Positions 9,873 to 19,675 of a DNA stretch of 64,000 nucleotides are shown here, in pieces; position 1 is the stretch's first letter, and the number at the start of each line of letters is the position of its first letter. Where the stretch lies: assembly GCA_963843795.1 (NCBI GenBank), contig CAWJLW010000006.1, forward strand, positions 2,356,001 through 2,420,000. The letters run 5' to 3'. This DNA is from an uncultured bacterium (GTDB lineage Bacteria; Armatimonadota; Abditibacteriia; Abditibacteriales; Abditibacteriaceae). The notes below the pieces were generated by a model, which searched no databases, was not told where the DNA came from, and saw nothing but the letters and a program-made list of their open reading frames with translations. A program made the position numbers and the translations under genes.

Positions 9873-11213
9873 ATGAAAAATCACTTCAAAAATTCACTGC
9901 CCATCTGCGCCGCACTGCTGGCAAGCAGCACCGCATACGCCGCGTCAAATGATGATACGGGCCAAAAGCCTTATCGTGGATGGAGCAGTTGGAGTTTGGA
10001 AGCCACCAAATATCCCGGCTACAACGGACAAGATTGGCTCACCGCGCAGCACATCAAAGAACAATCGGACGCGATGGCGCGCACGCTGCAAGCGCACGGC
10101 TACAATTACATCAACATCGATTCCGGCTGGCGCGGCGGTTGGGACGAGTTCGGTCGGCCTACCGCCAACAAGCAGCGTTTTCCCGATGGCATGGCCGTAA
10201 TGGCCGATTACGTTCACGCGCGTGGGCAGAAATTTGGCATTTATTACGTGCCTGGAATCGACGACGATTTATTGCAAAAAAATCCGCCGATTAAAGGCAC
10301 AAATGCGCACATTCAAGACATCGTTTTAAAGCCGCAGCGCATTGCCAACGCGTGGGGCGGTGGCCACGCGATTGATTTTTCCAAGCCCGCCGCGCAAGCC
10401 TATATTCAATCCATCGCCGATTTATTCGCCGAGTGGAAGATTGATTTTCTCAAGTTCGATGGCGTGACGCCGGGCAGCGAACATTACGATTTAAAAATCG
10501 ACGCGCGCCCCAGTGTCGTTGCGTGGAGCCGCGCGTTGAAGCGGGTTGACCGTCCGATTTGGCTCACGCTGTCGTGGAAAATTGATATGCGCTACAACGA
10601 TTTTTGGCGCGCACATTCCAACGCTCTGCGTACCGATCAGGATGTCGAATCTTACGATTCCAAACTTACGCACTGGGAGCAAATCTCCCGTCGTTTCAAT
10701 GCCGCGCGCGCTTATAATTATCTCGCGGGAACAGGCAAAGGCTGGAACGATCTCGATTCAATTCTGGTCGGCAACGGCGAAATGAGCGGCTTGAGCGAGG
10801 ATGAGCGACGCAGCGCGATGACGATTTGGACGATTTCCTGCTCGCCGCTCTACTCGGGCGACGATCTCACCAAATTGGACGCGCTGGGCGTGCAGATTTT
10901 GACTAACGACGAAGTTCTGGCCGTGCAGCAGCGCGGCAATGTGGCCGCGTTGGTCAACGCGGCTGATGCGCCCCAAGAACAAGTTTGGATGGCGAAAAAT
11001 GCCGATGGCAGCACAACAGTCGCGCTGTTTAATCTCGATGACCGCGAAACGCGCACGGTGACGGCGTGGTGGAAAGATGTCAATTTATTTGGAAAAGTGA
11101 GGGTGCGCGATTTGTGGGCACAACGCGAACTTGGCGAAAGCGAAGACAAGTTTGAAGCGCGTTTGGCGCCGCACGCTTGTCGTTTGCTGTTGATGACGCC
11201 AATCCAAAAGTGA
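9873..11213 (+). CDS. Secreted GH27 alpha-galactosidase-like glycosidase
   Basis: GWSSW, YINIDSGW, IDFLKFDG and WNDLD motifs; signal peptide. Confidence 0.85.
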   Translation: MKNHFKNSLPICAALLASSTAYAASNDDTGQKPYRGWSSWSLEATKYPGYNGQDWLTAQHIKEQSDAMARTLQAHGYNYINIDSGWRGGWDEFGRPTANKQRFPDGMAVMADYVHARGQKFGIYYVPGIDDDLLQKNPPIKGTNAHIQDIVLKPQRIANAWGGGHAIDFSKPAAQAYIQSIADLFAEWKIDFLKFDGVTPGSEHYDLKIDARPSVVAWSRALKRVDRPIWLTLSWKIDMRYNDFWRAHSNALRTDQDVESYDSKLTHWEQISRRFNAARAYNYLAGTGKGWNDLDSILVGNGEMSGLSEDERRSAMTIWTISCSPLYSGDDLTKLDALGVQILTNDEVLAVQQRGNVAALVNAADAPQEQVWMAKNADGSTTVALFNLDDRETRTVTAWWKDVNLFGKVRVRDLWAQRELGESEDKFEARLAPHACRLLLMTPIQK

Positions 11214-11219
11214 CGATTT

Positions 11220-12254
11220 ATGAAAGTTCTTTTATTGACCGATGAGCGCCATCTCGAAATGTCGGAAATGCCGACGCCCGAAATCGGCGCCGATGACGTT
11301 TTGATTCGTGTGCGCGCCTGCGGCATTTGCGGCAGCGATGTTCACGGCTACGACGGCAGCAGCGGACGACGCATTCCGCCGCTGGTCATGGGACACGAAG
11401 CATCTGGCGCGGTTGAAAGCATCGGCGCCAATGTGCAAAATTTCGCGGTTGGTGATCGCGTCACTTTCGATTCGACGGTCAGTTGCGGGCAGTGCGATTT
11501 TTGTCGCGCCGGTCAAATCAATTTGTGCGACAATCGTCGCGTTTTGGGTGTGTCGTGCGAAGAATATCGGCGACACGGCGCTTTTGCCGAGTTTGTTGCT
11601 GTGCCCAGTCGCATTGTGTATCGTTTGCCGGACGATTTGAGCTTTGAACACGCGGCGATGATCGAAGCGGTTTCGATTGCCGTTCACGCCGTTGGTCGTG
11701 CCGATGCGCATTTGCCGCTGGGCGCGAGCGCATTAGTTGTGGGCACCGGCATGATCGGGCAATTGGTGGTGCAAACTCTGCGCGCGCGTGGTTGCGGGAC
11801 GATAATCGCGGTCGATAAAAGCGCGGAGCGCGTGCAAATCGCCGGAAAATGCGGTGCCGATCATTGCTTAGAAGCCGATCAAAATGTGGCGGAGCGCGTG
11901 CGCGAATTGACTGGTGGGCGCGGCGCGGATGTGGCGTTTGAAGCCGTCGGCGCGAATGCATCATTTGCCACAGCAGTAAACAGCGTGCGCAAAGGCGGCG
12001 CGCTGGTTTTAATTGGAAATTTGACACCCAAAGTCGAGATGCCGCTGCAAGACATCGTGACGCGCGAATTAACGCTTTTAGGAACCTGCGCTTCAAGCGG
12101 TGAATACGCGGCGTGCATGGAATTGATGGCGCGCGGCGCGATTGATGTGGCGCCAATGCTGAGCGCGGTCGCGCCCCTCGAAGAAGGCGCATCGTGGTTT
12201 GAGCGATTGTATGCGGGCGAAAACGGCTTGATGAAAGTGTTGCTGCAACCGTAA
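11220..12254 (+). CDS. Zinc-binding sugar-alcohol dehydrogenase (MDR family)
   Basis: CGICGSD, GHE, CGQCDFC...C and GTGMIG motifs. Confidence 0.9.
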   Translation: MKVLLLTDERHLEMSEMPTPEIGADDVLIRVRACGICGSDVHGYDGSSGRRIPPLVMGHEASGAVESIGANVQNFAVGDRVTFDSTVSCGQCDFCRAGQINLCDNRRVLGVSCEEYRRHGAFAEFVAVPSRIVYRLPDDLSFEHAAMIEAVSIAVHAVGRADAHLPLGASALVVGTGMIGQLVVQTLRARGCGTIIAVDKSAERVQIAGKCGADHCLEADQNVAERVRELTGGRGADVAFEAVGANASFATAVNSVRKGGALVLIGNLTPKVEMPLQDIVTRELTLLGTCASSGEYAACMELMARGAIDVAPMLSAVAPLEEGASWFERLYAGENGLMKVLLQP

Positions 12255-12310
12255 TTGAAGAAAATGGGCACTGCAAGTACTTGCAACGCACAATCCTCCA
12301 CAGAATCATC

Positions 12311-13381
12311 GTGAAGATCAAAGTCGGCCTCATCGGTCTGGGGAAAGTCGCGCATTTGCACGCGCGCGCACTACAAGCGGTGCCGCACGCCAAATTCGTC
12401 GCGGTATGCGGGCGCGATGTGCAACGCACGCAAGCGTTTGCGGCTGAATATGGCGTGCGCGCGTTCACCGATGTGGACGCGCTGTTGGGCGAAATCGATT
12501 GTCTTATTGTGGGCACGCCGCATCCGGCACACGCGGAAATTACCGTCGCCGCGTCGAAGGCGGGTGTGCACGTTTTGGTGGAAAAACCGCTAGCGGCTTC
12601 CTTAGAAGATTGCGACCGCATGATTGCAGCAGCGAGTGATAACAAGGTGAAATTGGGCACGATTTCGCAGCGGCGTTTTTATGCGCCGTGTCAGCGCATC
12701 AAAGCGGCAATTGATGAAGGCAAAATTGGGCGCGCGGTTTTAGGCAGCGTGGCGATGTATGGTTGGCGCGACCGCGCATATTACGAAAGCGATGCGTGGC
12801 GCGGGACGTGGCGCGGTGAAGGCGGCGGTGTCCTGGTGAATCAAGCGCCGCATCAGTTGGATTTGTTGTTGTGGTTCATGGGGCCGGTCGCGCAGTTGGC
12901 GGGCTATCACGCCAATTTTAATCATCCTTATATTGAAGTCGAAGACACGGCAGTGGCTGTTGTGCGTTTCGAAAGTGGCGCGCTGGGGCAAATCACCGTC
13001 AGCAACGCACAGAACCCCGCCCTGTGGGGCAAAGTAACAGTTCACGGCGCAAATGGCGCGTCTGTAGGGGTGCAAACCGACGGTGGCGCGATGTTTATCG
13101 CGGGCGTCTCCAAAATCGAGGAAGCGCCGGTCAATGATTTGTGGACAATTCCGGGCGAAGATTTGAAAACATGGCAGCGCGAAGATGAAGCGTTTTTCGC
13201 TTCGATTGATGCGACGACGCATTATCATGGCTTGCAGATCGCGGATTTTTTAGCGGCTATAGAAGAAGATCGCGCGCCCCTGGTGACGGGCGAAGATGGC
13301 CGACGCACGGTCGAATTGTTCACAGCGATTTATCGCTCGCAAAGATTGGGAGGCCCAATCGATTTTCCACTTAAGTCATAG
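12311..13381 (+). CDS. Gfo/Idh/MocA family oxidoreductase
   Basis: GLIGLG, EKP and GGGVLVNQAPHQLD motifs; probable GTG start. Confidence 0.9.
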   Translation: MKIKVGLIGLGKVAHLHARALQAVPHAKFVAVCGRDVQRTQAFAAEYGVRAFTDVDALLGEIDCLIVGTPHPAHAEITVAASKAGVHVLVEKPLAASLEDCDRMIAAASDNKVKLGTISQRRFYAPCQRIKAAIDEGKIGRAVLGSVAMYGWRDRAYYESDAWRGTWRGEGGGVLVNQAPHQLDLLLWFMGPVAQLAGYHANFNHPYIEVEDTAVAVVRFESGALGQITVSNAQNPALWGKVTVHGANGASVGVQTDGGAMFIAGVSKIEEAPVNDLWTIPGEDLKTWQREDEAFFASIDATTHYHGLQIADFLAAIEEDRAPLVTGEDGRRTVELFTAIYRSQRLGGPIDFPLKS

Positions 13382-13469
13382 GAATTGCGGTAGGCTGTGG
13401 CGAAAATGTGGTATAACGGGAACGCATAATTCGAGGCCGTTGGGCCATTTTATCGCGGTAAAAATTTTC

Positions 13470-15569
13470 ATGAACTCCACCAATCCTTCCGAACTCCATA
13501 ATCAGTGGCTGGATTTTTACACTCTGCTGGGCGTTGAACCCGATGTCGAGAAAGACGAGTTGCGCCGAAAAATTGGCGCGACTTACGCTGAGGCCAGCGC
13601 CAACTGCGATCACCGCGACCTCAATCGCCGCCACTATTTTCAAACTATGGTCGAGCGCGTGCTCCCGCAGTGTCGTCGCGTCTTGCTCGATCCCGATTTG
13701 CGCGCAGCTTACGACGCCCAAACTCAACTGCATCGCGCGAACGACCCCAGAGCGCTCGATTACGTGACGTTCATGGCGTCGCTGCAAAACGGCGGCACTG
13801 TGGCGACAGCCGGCGCAAGTTCGTTCGATGCGCCCGCCGATGCGGTGCTGGGTTCGTATATGGATTCCGATCTAGCGGCACTGCCCGAACGCGTGCGCAA
13901 TGAAATTAATCTCGCACGTCAGGTGTTGGAATGCGTTCAGTCGGGCGAAGAACTCGACTTTCTTCCGGCACGCGCTGTTTCCTTCTCTCACGATAGTTCT
14001 CAAAACAATTTAAATACGCCCATTGGCGATTCAGATGCTGAAAGCGAGATGGTTGAAAGCGCGACGGCTGAGCCGGTGCAAGAAGATACTTCTACGCCTG
14101 AGCCAATCAAGCAGCGCGCGCCGCGCCCGCGCCCGCTTTCTGAAACCTATCACATGGACGGCGCCCAGCTGGATACAACCCGTGCTTCGGATGCCAAGGC
14201 AGCAAATTCTGATGTTCGCGAAATTCCCAACGATGCGGCGTCGGTGATTCGATCACGCGTCTTGGATATAAATCAACATGGCAGTGCGAAGACGCTGGCC
14301 GATTTGCGCGAAGAAGCAGCGCAACGCGCGGTTTCGGGCGGCATCGCGACACCAAAATCACGCGAACAGCGCGCCGAAAAACCTAAAGCCTATCAATCGC
14401 GTGTCGTGATTGAAGACGAATTCGAGCAACGTGAAAACCACAGCGCCAAAACGGCGCGGAAAAGCATTTTGACGCCGCTCAGCAAATATATTCTCACGGC
14501 GATGGCCGCAGCGGCTCTCACTTGGACAATTTTGCACACCGATACACCTCAGGCACCGCCAGTGGCGCGCGTGCCATTGAGCGTGGTTTACGCAGCGCAG
14601 TTGGGGCCAGTAATGCAGGTTTCCAAGCAACAATTCGAGGCTTCACCTGAAGGCGCGGGTATCGATATAGTGCTGCAACAGATGGATTCGCAAAACGCGC
14701 TTCGTCAGGTATTGAACGCCAAAAAGAATGCGCCCGATGTGTGGATTCCCTCCGAATCTCTGTGGAGTGAGCGCTATAATCAGGCCGCTGCTCAAGCCAA
14801 AGTCACACCCATCAACAGCGATGCGCAGCTCGCGCTCACGCCCATCGTGTTGGTCGTGCGCAGCGACCACGCGTCCATTTTGCGCGCCGACTATTCCAAT
14901 CACAAAATCTCTTCGTGGGCTGCGCTGCAAAATTTGGTCAGAACGCAAAGCGCCAATCATTTCGGCCTCAGCAGTCCGCAACAAAGCGGCGCGGGCGCAT
15001 TAGTGCGCTATCTGATGGCGCGCGAATGGTGCATTAAAAACAAAGTTCCTTTCAATGCCAAGTCGATGGGCGATGCGCGCCTGTGGCAATGGCTGAGCGG
15101 TTTCGAAAGCAACGTGCCAGCATGGAAAATGCCCGGCGATATGTTGCAGGATTTGGCTTTAGGGACGACCGGCCAATTCTGGTGGACGCTGGCTTATGAA
15201 AGCGATGCGATTTCATGGATCGGTAAGGGTCAGAAAATCGAAATCTTTTATCTTCCTGCGACTTATTACGCCGAGCATCCGTTCTGCCATATCGAACGCC
15301 CTGACGATACACGCGCCATTGCCACTGCTCGCGTACGATTCGAAAGCTTTTTGCACTCGCCGCCGATGCAAACTGCGCTGTTGCAGAACGGTCTCCGCGC
15401 ACCCGGCATCGACATCAAAAGCGCCGTTGCGGGCAATCCGTTTATCGACAAAGGTTACGAAGCGCGCGGAGTGCGCGCAGGTGGCATCACACTCGGCCCG
15501 CGCGTCGATAAGCGCGTTCTCAGCGCGCTCACCGCGCAGTGGGCCAAGCGCTATCAGAGTGAAAATTAA
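13470..15569 (+). CDS. Membrane protein with N-terminal DnaJ-like domain and C-terminal extracellular solute-binding-type domain
   Basis: DFYTLLGV...LLDPDLRAAYD (J-like); TM segment YILTAMAAAALTWTIL; PDVWIPSE..W, TPIVL, AYESDAI and EHPF resemble SBP_bac_11-type proteins. Confidence 0.65.
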   Translation: MNSTNPSELHNQWLDFYTLLGVEPDVEKDELRRKIGATYAEASANCDHRDLNRRHYFQTMVERVLPQCRRVLLDPDLRAAYDAQTQLHRANDPRALDYVTFMASLQNGGTVATAGASSFDAPADAVLGSYMDSDLAALPERVRNEINLARQVLECVQSGEELDFLPARAVSFSHDSSQNNLNTPIGDSDAESEMVESATAEPVQEDTSTPEPIKQRAPRPRPLSETYHMDGAQLDTTRASDAKAANSDVREIPNDAASVIRSRVLDINQHGSAKTLADLREEAAQRAVSGGIATPKSREQRAEKPKAYQSRVVIEDEFEQRENHSAKTARKSILTPLSKYILTAMAAAALTWTILHTDTPQAPPVARVPLSVVYAAQLGPVMQVSKQQFEASPEGAGIDIVLQQMDSQNALRQVLNAKKNAPDVWIPSESLWSERYNQAAAQAKVTPINSDAQLALTPIVLVVRSDHASILRADYSNHKISSWAALQNLVRTQSANHFGLSSPQQSGAGALVRYLMAREWCIKNKVPFNAKSMGDARLWQWLSGFESNVPAWKMPGDMLQDLALGTTGQFWWTLAYESDAISWIGKGQKIEIFYLPATYYAEHPFCHIERPDDTRAIATARVRFESFLHSPPMQTALLQNGLRAPGIDIKSAVAGNPFIDKGYEARGVRAGGITLGPRVDKRVLSALTAQWAKRYQSEN

Positions 15570-15573
15570 AACC

Positions 15574-15606
15574 AAAAAAGCCGCGCGAAATCGCGCGGCT
15601 TTTTTT
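15574..15606. terminator. Bidirectional intrinsic terminator
   Basis: AAAAAAGCCGCGCGA-AA-TCGCGCGGCTTTTTTT between convergent genes. Confidence 0.8.
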
Positions 15607-15661
15607 GCATCCAAGTTTTGTAGAGTGTGTGTTTCTGAGCCGCACTCTATAAAACGCAAAA

Positions 15662-16030
15662 TCAAATGGTTTTGCGCGCATCAATGAAAAAGCGCACCGC
15701 GAGAATAATAAAAACTAAACACAGCACATTCAGAGCAGCGCTTTCGTAAGCTACTATTGGGTCGGGCGCGCCGGGCGCGTTCGATAATGCTGCGGGTAAT
15801 TTGAAGGCGCGCGAAATTGAACCCACAAAGCCCAATAATGCAATCACGACCGCAACGTGCATCGCAGCTTTGCGACGCAGGTCATTCAAAGCTACAAAGC
15901 CACAAATCGCCAGCGGCAATCCGACGAACGCGGGAATCATAGCCGTAATACTTTTGCCGCCGGTCCCGATGTAAAACGCGACGCCGATTGCTATCAAAAT
16001 TAAGCCAACAAATATCGCTACTCTTGCCAT
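15662..16030 (-). CDS. Small four-TM membrane protein
   Basis: Four hydrophobic segments; SITAMIPAFVG...MHVAVVIALLG. Confidence 0.75.
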   Translation of the reverse strand: MARVAIFVGLILIAIGVAFYIGTGGKSITAMIPAFVGLPLAICGFVALNDLRRKAAMHVAVVIALLGFVGSISRAFKLPAALSNAPGAPDPIVAYESAALNVLCLVFIILAVRFFIDARKTI

Positions 16031-16078
16031 TCCAGTTCCTTTCCAGTTCAACGTGTTGCAAGTACTTGCAACACCTCA

Positions 16079-17161
16079 TCAGCCGTTTTTCTGCGCAAAT
16101 TCGTTCATAAAGCCGGCAAGTACTTGCGCGCTTTCAATCGGCAGTGCGTTATACAGCGACGCACGCACGCCGCCGACATCGCGGTGGCCGGGCAAACCCA
16201 TCATATCGTGCGCAGCAGCCTCACTCAAAAATTGCGCTTCTAAACTTTCCTCGCGCAAACGAAACGTCACGTTCATCTGGCTGCGACTATCGATTTCCGC
16301 ATGACCACGATAAAAGCCATCTGAATGGTCGATACAATCGTAAATCAATTTGGCTTTTTCCTGATTGCGCTTTTCTATCGCGCTCAAGCCACCCAAATTT
16401 GCAATCCATTCGCACACTAAATCGACCAGATAAATGCCAAAAGTGTTCGGCGTATTATACAGCGAACGACTTTTGATATGCGTACGATAATCCAACATCG
16501 TCGGCAAATTCTCGGTCGTGGGCAACCAATCTTCGCGCACGATGACAACCGTGACACCTGCAGGGCCGATATTTTTCTGCGCGCCCGCGTAAATCAAACC
16601 GTAACGCTCGACATCAATTGAGCGGCTTAGAATATCCGACGATGCATCACACACCAGTTTCACGTCAGCGGTTTCCGGTTCACTGGCCCATTGCACGCCT
16701 TGAATGGTTTCATTGGACGTAAAATGCACATATTTGGCGCTGTCGTCCAATGTCATTTCATCGGCATTTGGCACGCGACGAAAACCACCATCTTCGGTCG
16801 AAGCGATGACGGACGCATCACCGAGCAGTTGAGCTTCTTTGAAGGCTTTGCGTCCCCAATCGCCGGTCAATAAATAACCGGCGCGCCGATTTTCGCCGAG
16901 CAAATTCATCGGCGCCATCGAAAATTGCAAACTGGCGCCACCCTGCAAAAACAAAACTCGAAAATCTTCGGGCAAACCTAACAAGGTGCGAATGCGATTT
17001 TCGGCAGATTGCGCGATGGTTTCAAAGCGCTTCGATCGATGGCTCAGTTCCATGACCGACGCACCCGCATCGGGCAGTTCGGGCAATTCTTCGCGCACGC
17101 GTTCGAGAACGGGCAGCGGCAACACAGCGGGGCCGGCATTAAAATTATGGCTTCGTGGCAT
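16079..17161 (-). CDS. serC: Phosphoserine aminotransferase
   Basis: NFNAGPA, ELSHRS, YAGAQKNIGPAG and GHRDVGGVRASLYNA motifs. Start is 17161 or 17170. Confidence 0.95.
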   Translation of the reverse strand: MPRSHNFNAGPAVLPLPVLERVREELPELPDAGASVMELSHRSKRFETIAQSAENRIRTLLGLPEDFRVLFLQGGASLQFSMAPMNLLGENRRAGYLLTGDWGRKAFKEAQLLGDASVIASTEDGGFRRVPNADEMTLDDSAKYVHFTSNETIQGVQWASEPETADVKLVCDASSDILSRSIDVERYGLIYAGAQKNIGPAGVTVVIVREDWLPTTENLPTMLDYRTHIKSRSLYNTPNTFGIYLVDLVCEWIANLGGLSAIEKRNQEKAKLIYDCIDHSDGFYRGHAEIDSRSQMNVTFRLREESLEAQFLSEAAAHDMMGLPGHRDVGGVRASLYNALPIESAQVLAGFMNEFAQKNG

Positions 17162-17324
17162 GACTTTCATTATACGAAAGCGCGGCACCGGTTCGCGGAC
17201 GCGTTTCTCATCAAAGCCAATCGAAAGACTGATATAAATGCTCTGGCAAGTACTTGCCAGAGCATTTTTGTCGATGCCGGTTCTTTGGCCGCACTTCTGC
17301 AAGAAATTAGCTGAGAGGTGACTT

Positions 17325-17753
17325 ATGCTGACACGGAATCAAAATACGGACAATAAGCCCAAAGATGACCGTTCGCTGGGCGAGCTGTTCGGCGAACTGG
17401 GTCGTAACACGTCGAATTTAGTGCGCCAGGAAGTGCAACTGGCCAAAACCGAGTTGATGCAAAAAGCGGTGACTTTTGGCAAAAGTGCAGCGTTTTTAGT
17501 CGTTGCGGGCGTATTGGCTTTCGTAGGTTTTGAAGCGCTCATCGTGGCGGCGATTTTAGTTTTGGCTCATGTACTGAGCACCTGGTTGGCTGCGCTAATT
17601 GTCGGTTTTGGATTGTTAATAATAGCGGGCATTTTGGTAATGCTGGCGATTGGAGCCATAAAAAAAGAAGGCGTCGTGCCGACGAAAACCATTAAATCGG
17701 TGCAGGAGAACGCGAAATGGGCCAAGGAGGAAATCAGTGACTTACGAAAATAA
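17325..17753 (+). CDS. DUF1469/YqjE-like (holin-X) membrane protein
   Basis: RSLGELFGEL...LVRQEVQLAKTE; two TM helices; upstream of a DUF3618 gene. Confidence 0.8.
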   Translation: MLTRNQNTDNKPKDDRSLGELFGELGRNTSNLVRQEVQLAKTELMQKAVTFGKSAAFLVVAGVLAFVGFEALIVAAILVLAHVLSTWLAALIVGFGLLIIAGILVMLAIGAIKKEGVVPTKTIKSVQENAKWAKEEISDLRK

Positions 17754-19071
17754 TCAAATCACAGCTAACGAAAATCCCAAAGAAGTTCGCGCCGACATCG
17801 AGCAAACGCGCGAGGAAATGAGTCGCACATTGGAAGCTATTGCAGAAAAAGTCAGTCCACAAAACGTGAAGGCGCGCGCGCAAGATGCCGTTGTTTCGCG
17901 TGTTCAGGACGTGGCCCATCAAGCCAAAGATAAAATTGCGCCCGTTATCGGCGTTGCGCAAGATTTATTTCAACAAGCCGAAAGCAAAGTGCAGCAAATG
18001 ACCGACAAGGGCACCGTTCCCGAAGGCGACGGCACACTCGAAGGCGGTTCTCTGGCTAAAGTCGGTCACAATTTAAAGCCGATTAGTGAGCAAGTTGCCG
18101 TGGTTTTTGGCGCTTCGAGCGGAATCGGACGCGAGACAGCGCTGGAATTTGCGCGGCAGGGCGCTAAAGTTGTCGCGGCTGGCCGCAGTCAGAGCGCTCT
18201 CGATTCGCTGCAAGAAGATTTCGGCCATCTCAAAGCCGAATCTATCGTTTGCGTGGCCGATGCCGCCGATTTTGCTCAGGTAAAAAGCGTCGCCGAGCGA
18301 GCCGTTGGAAAATTTGGGCGCATCGATACGTGGGTGCATTGCGCGGCGGTTTCCATCTACGCGACGTTTGAAAACACCACACCCGAAGAATTCAAGCAAG
18401 TTATCGAGGTAAATCTGATGGGCGCAGTTCACGGTGCGCAAGCCGCTCTTCCGCACCTGAGGCGTGAAGGGCGCGGGGCCTTAATCGTGATTTCTTCGGT
18501 TGAAGGCAAAGTTGCGTTGCCCTATCAAAGCGCTTATTCTTCGTCGAAGCACGCGATTATCGGCTTTTTGGATGCGCTGCGATTGGAATTGCAAAAAGAA
18601 GGTGTACCGATTTCTGTCACCAACGTGATGCCATCAAGTATCAACACGCCATTTTTCAATAAAGCCAAAACCAAATTGGGCGTCAAGCCTCAGCCGATAG
18701 CGCCAATTTACCAGCCCAGTGTAGTGGCCGAGACAATTATCTACGCCGCGCAAAATCCCACGCGCGACATTGTGGCTGGTGGCGCGGGCAAAATGCTGAA
18801 TTTAGTGCAAAAATTGTCGCCCGCTTTACTGGATAAAATGCTTATCAAAAGTGCATTCGAAGGCCAAAAAACCGATCAGGAAAAAAGTATTGGTGCTCCG
18901 GACAATTTATACAAAACGCTGGACGGACCTTCACATATCGGCGGAGATTTTTTCAACGGCGCCAAGAGCAAAAGCTGGGGCACCTGGTTGGAAGTTCATC
19001 CGCAAGCGCAAAACGCGCTCAAAGCGGCCGCATTTGTGGGCGCAGTCATTTTCCTGACGCGCCGTCGGTAA
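17737..19071 (+). CDS. DUF3618 domain fused to a short-chain dehydrogenase/reductase
   Basis: EVRADIEQTREEMSRTLEAIAEKVSP (DUF3618-like), then GASSGIG and YSSSK SDR motifs. Confidence 0.85.
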   Translation: MTYENNQITANENPKEVRADIEQTREEMSRTLEAIAEKVSPQNVKARAQDAVVSRVQDVAHQAKDKIAPVIGVAQDLFQQAESKVQQMTDKGTVPEGDGTLEGGSLAKVGHNLKPISEQVAVVFGASSGIGRETALEFARQGAKVVAAGRSQSALDSLQEDFGHLKAESIVCVADAADFAQVKSVAERAVGKFGRIDTWVHCAAVSIYATFENTTPEEFKQVIEVNLMGAVHGAQAALPHLRREGRGALIVISSVEGKVALPYQSAYSSSKHAIIGFLDALRLELQKEGVPISVTNVMPSSINTPFFNKAKTKLGVKPQPIAPIYQPSVVAETIIYAAQNPTRDIVAGGAGKMLNLVQKLSPALLDKMLIKSAFEGQKTDQEKSIGAPDNLYKTLDGPSHIGGDFFNGAKSKSWGTWLEVHPQAQNALKAAAFVGAVIFLTRRR

Positions 19072-19120
19072 AAACATATCTGCAAGTACTTGCAGGAAAG
19101 GGCGAGAAAAGGTTGAAAAA

Positions 19121-19597
19121 ATGGAAAGTAAAACTAAAGTCTTAGGACACGCGCTTCACCCGATTTTGATTGTGTTTCCGCTGGGATTACTGGTGACGGG
19201 CGCGGCCTACGACTTATTGTATCGCCGCAATAAAAACCCCGAAACCGCGAAAACGGCGCGTTCTTTAATTGGCGTCGGCGTAGTCAGCGGTTTAATCGCT
19301 GCGGTTCCCGGCATCATCGATTGGCTGGCAATCCCACAGAATACACGCGCCAAAAGGGTCGGTCTCTGGCACGCCGTGGGCAATGTCACGCAATTGGGAT
19401 TGTTCGGTCTCAGTTGGCTATCGCGCCGCTCGCAACCAGAACAACCTTCGGGCGCAGCACTCAACTTATCGCTGGGCGGCTTGCTGATTGGCAATGGCGC
19501 AGCGTGGCTGGGCGGCGAGTTGGTGCACCGCTTAAATGTGGGCAACGATGATGGCGCCAATTTAGATGCGCCCAGTTCGCTGTCCGGACCGGTCTAA
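19121..19597 (+). CDS. DUF2231 membrane protein
   Basis: GHALHPILIVFP and GLWHAVGN...WLGGELV motifs. Confidence 0.85.
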   Translation: MESKTKVLGHALHPILIVFPLGLLVTGAAYDLLYRRNKNPETAKTARSLIGVGVVSGLIAAVPGIIDWLAIPQNTRAKRVGLWHAVGNVTQLGLFGLSWLSRRSQPEQPSGAALNLSLGGLLIGNGAAWLGGELVHRLNVGNDDGANLDAPSSLSGPV

Positions 19598-19675
19598 ATT
19601 CTGGTCGTTGCAACCTGACTCTCCAAGTGCTGAGCTACGAATTTTGTATCCTCAAAGTACTTGGAGAGTTTTTTT

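Noticed and set aside
11518..12660. Long antisense or alternative-frame ORFs (for example 11518-12660, 3023-3976, 23052-23843, 33108-34001, 61571-62587)
   Set aside because: They overlap well-supported genes, show no recognisable motifs and are typical shadow ORFs.
17325..17753. Holin-like gene as a prophage marker
   Set aside because: The DUF1469 family is commonly chromosomal, and there are no phage genes nearby.
19598..19675. trp attenuator or T-box upstream of trpD, trpB or pheS
   Set aside because: No Trp-rich leader peptide or T-box consensus was recognised.
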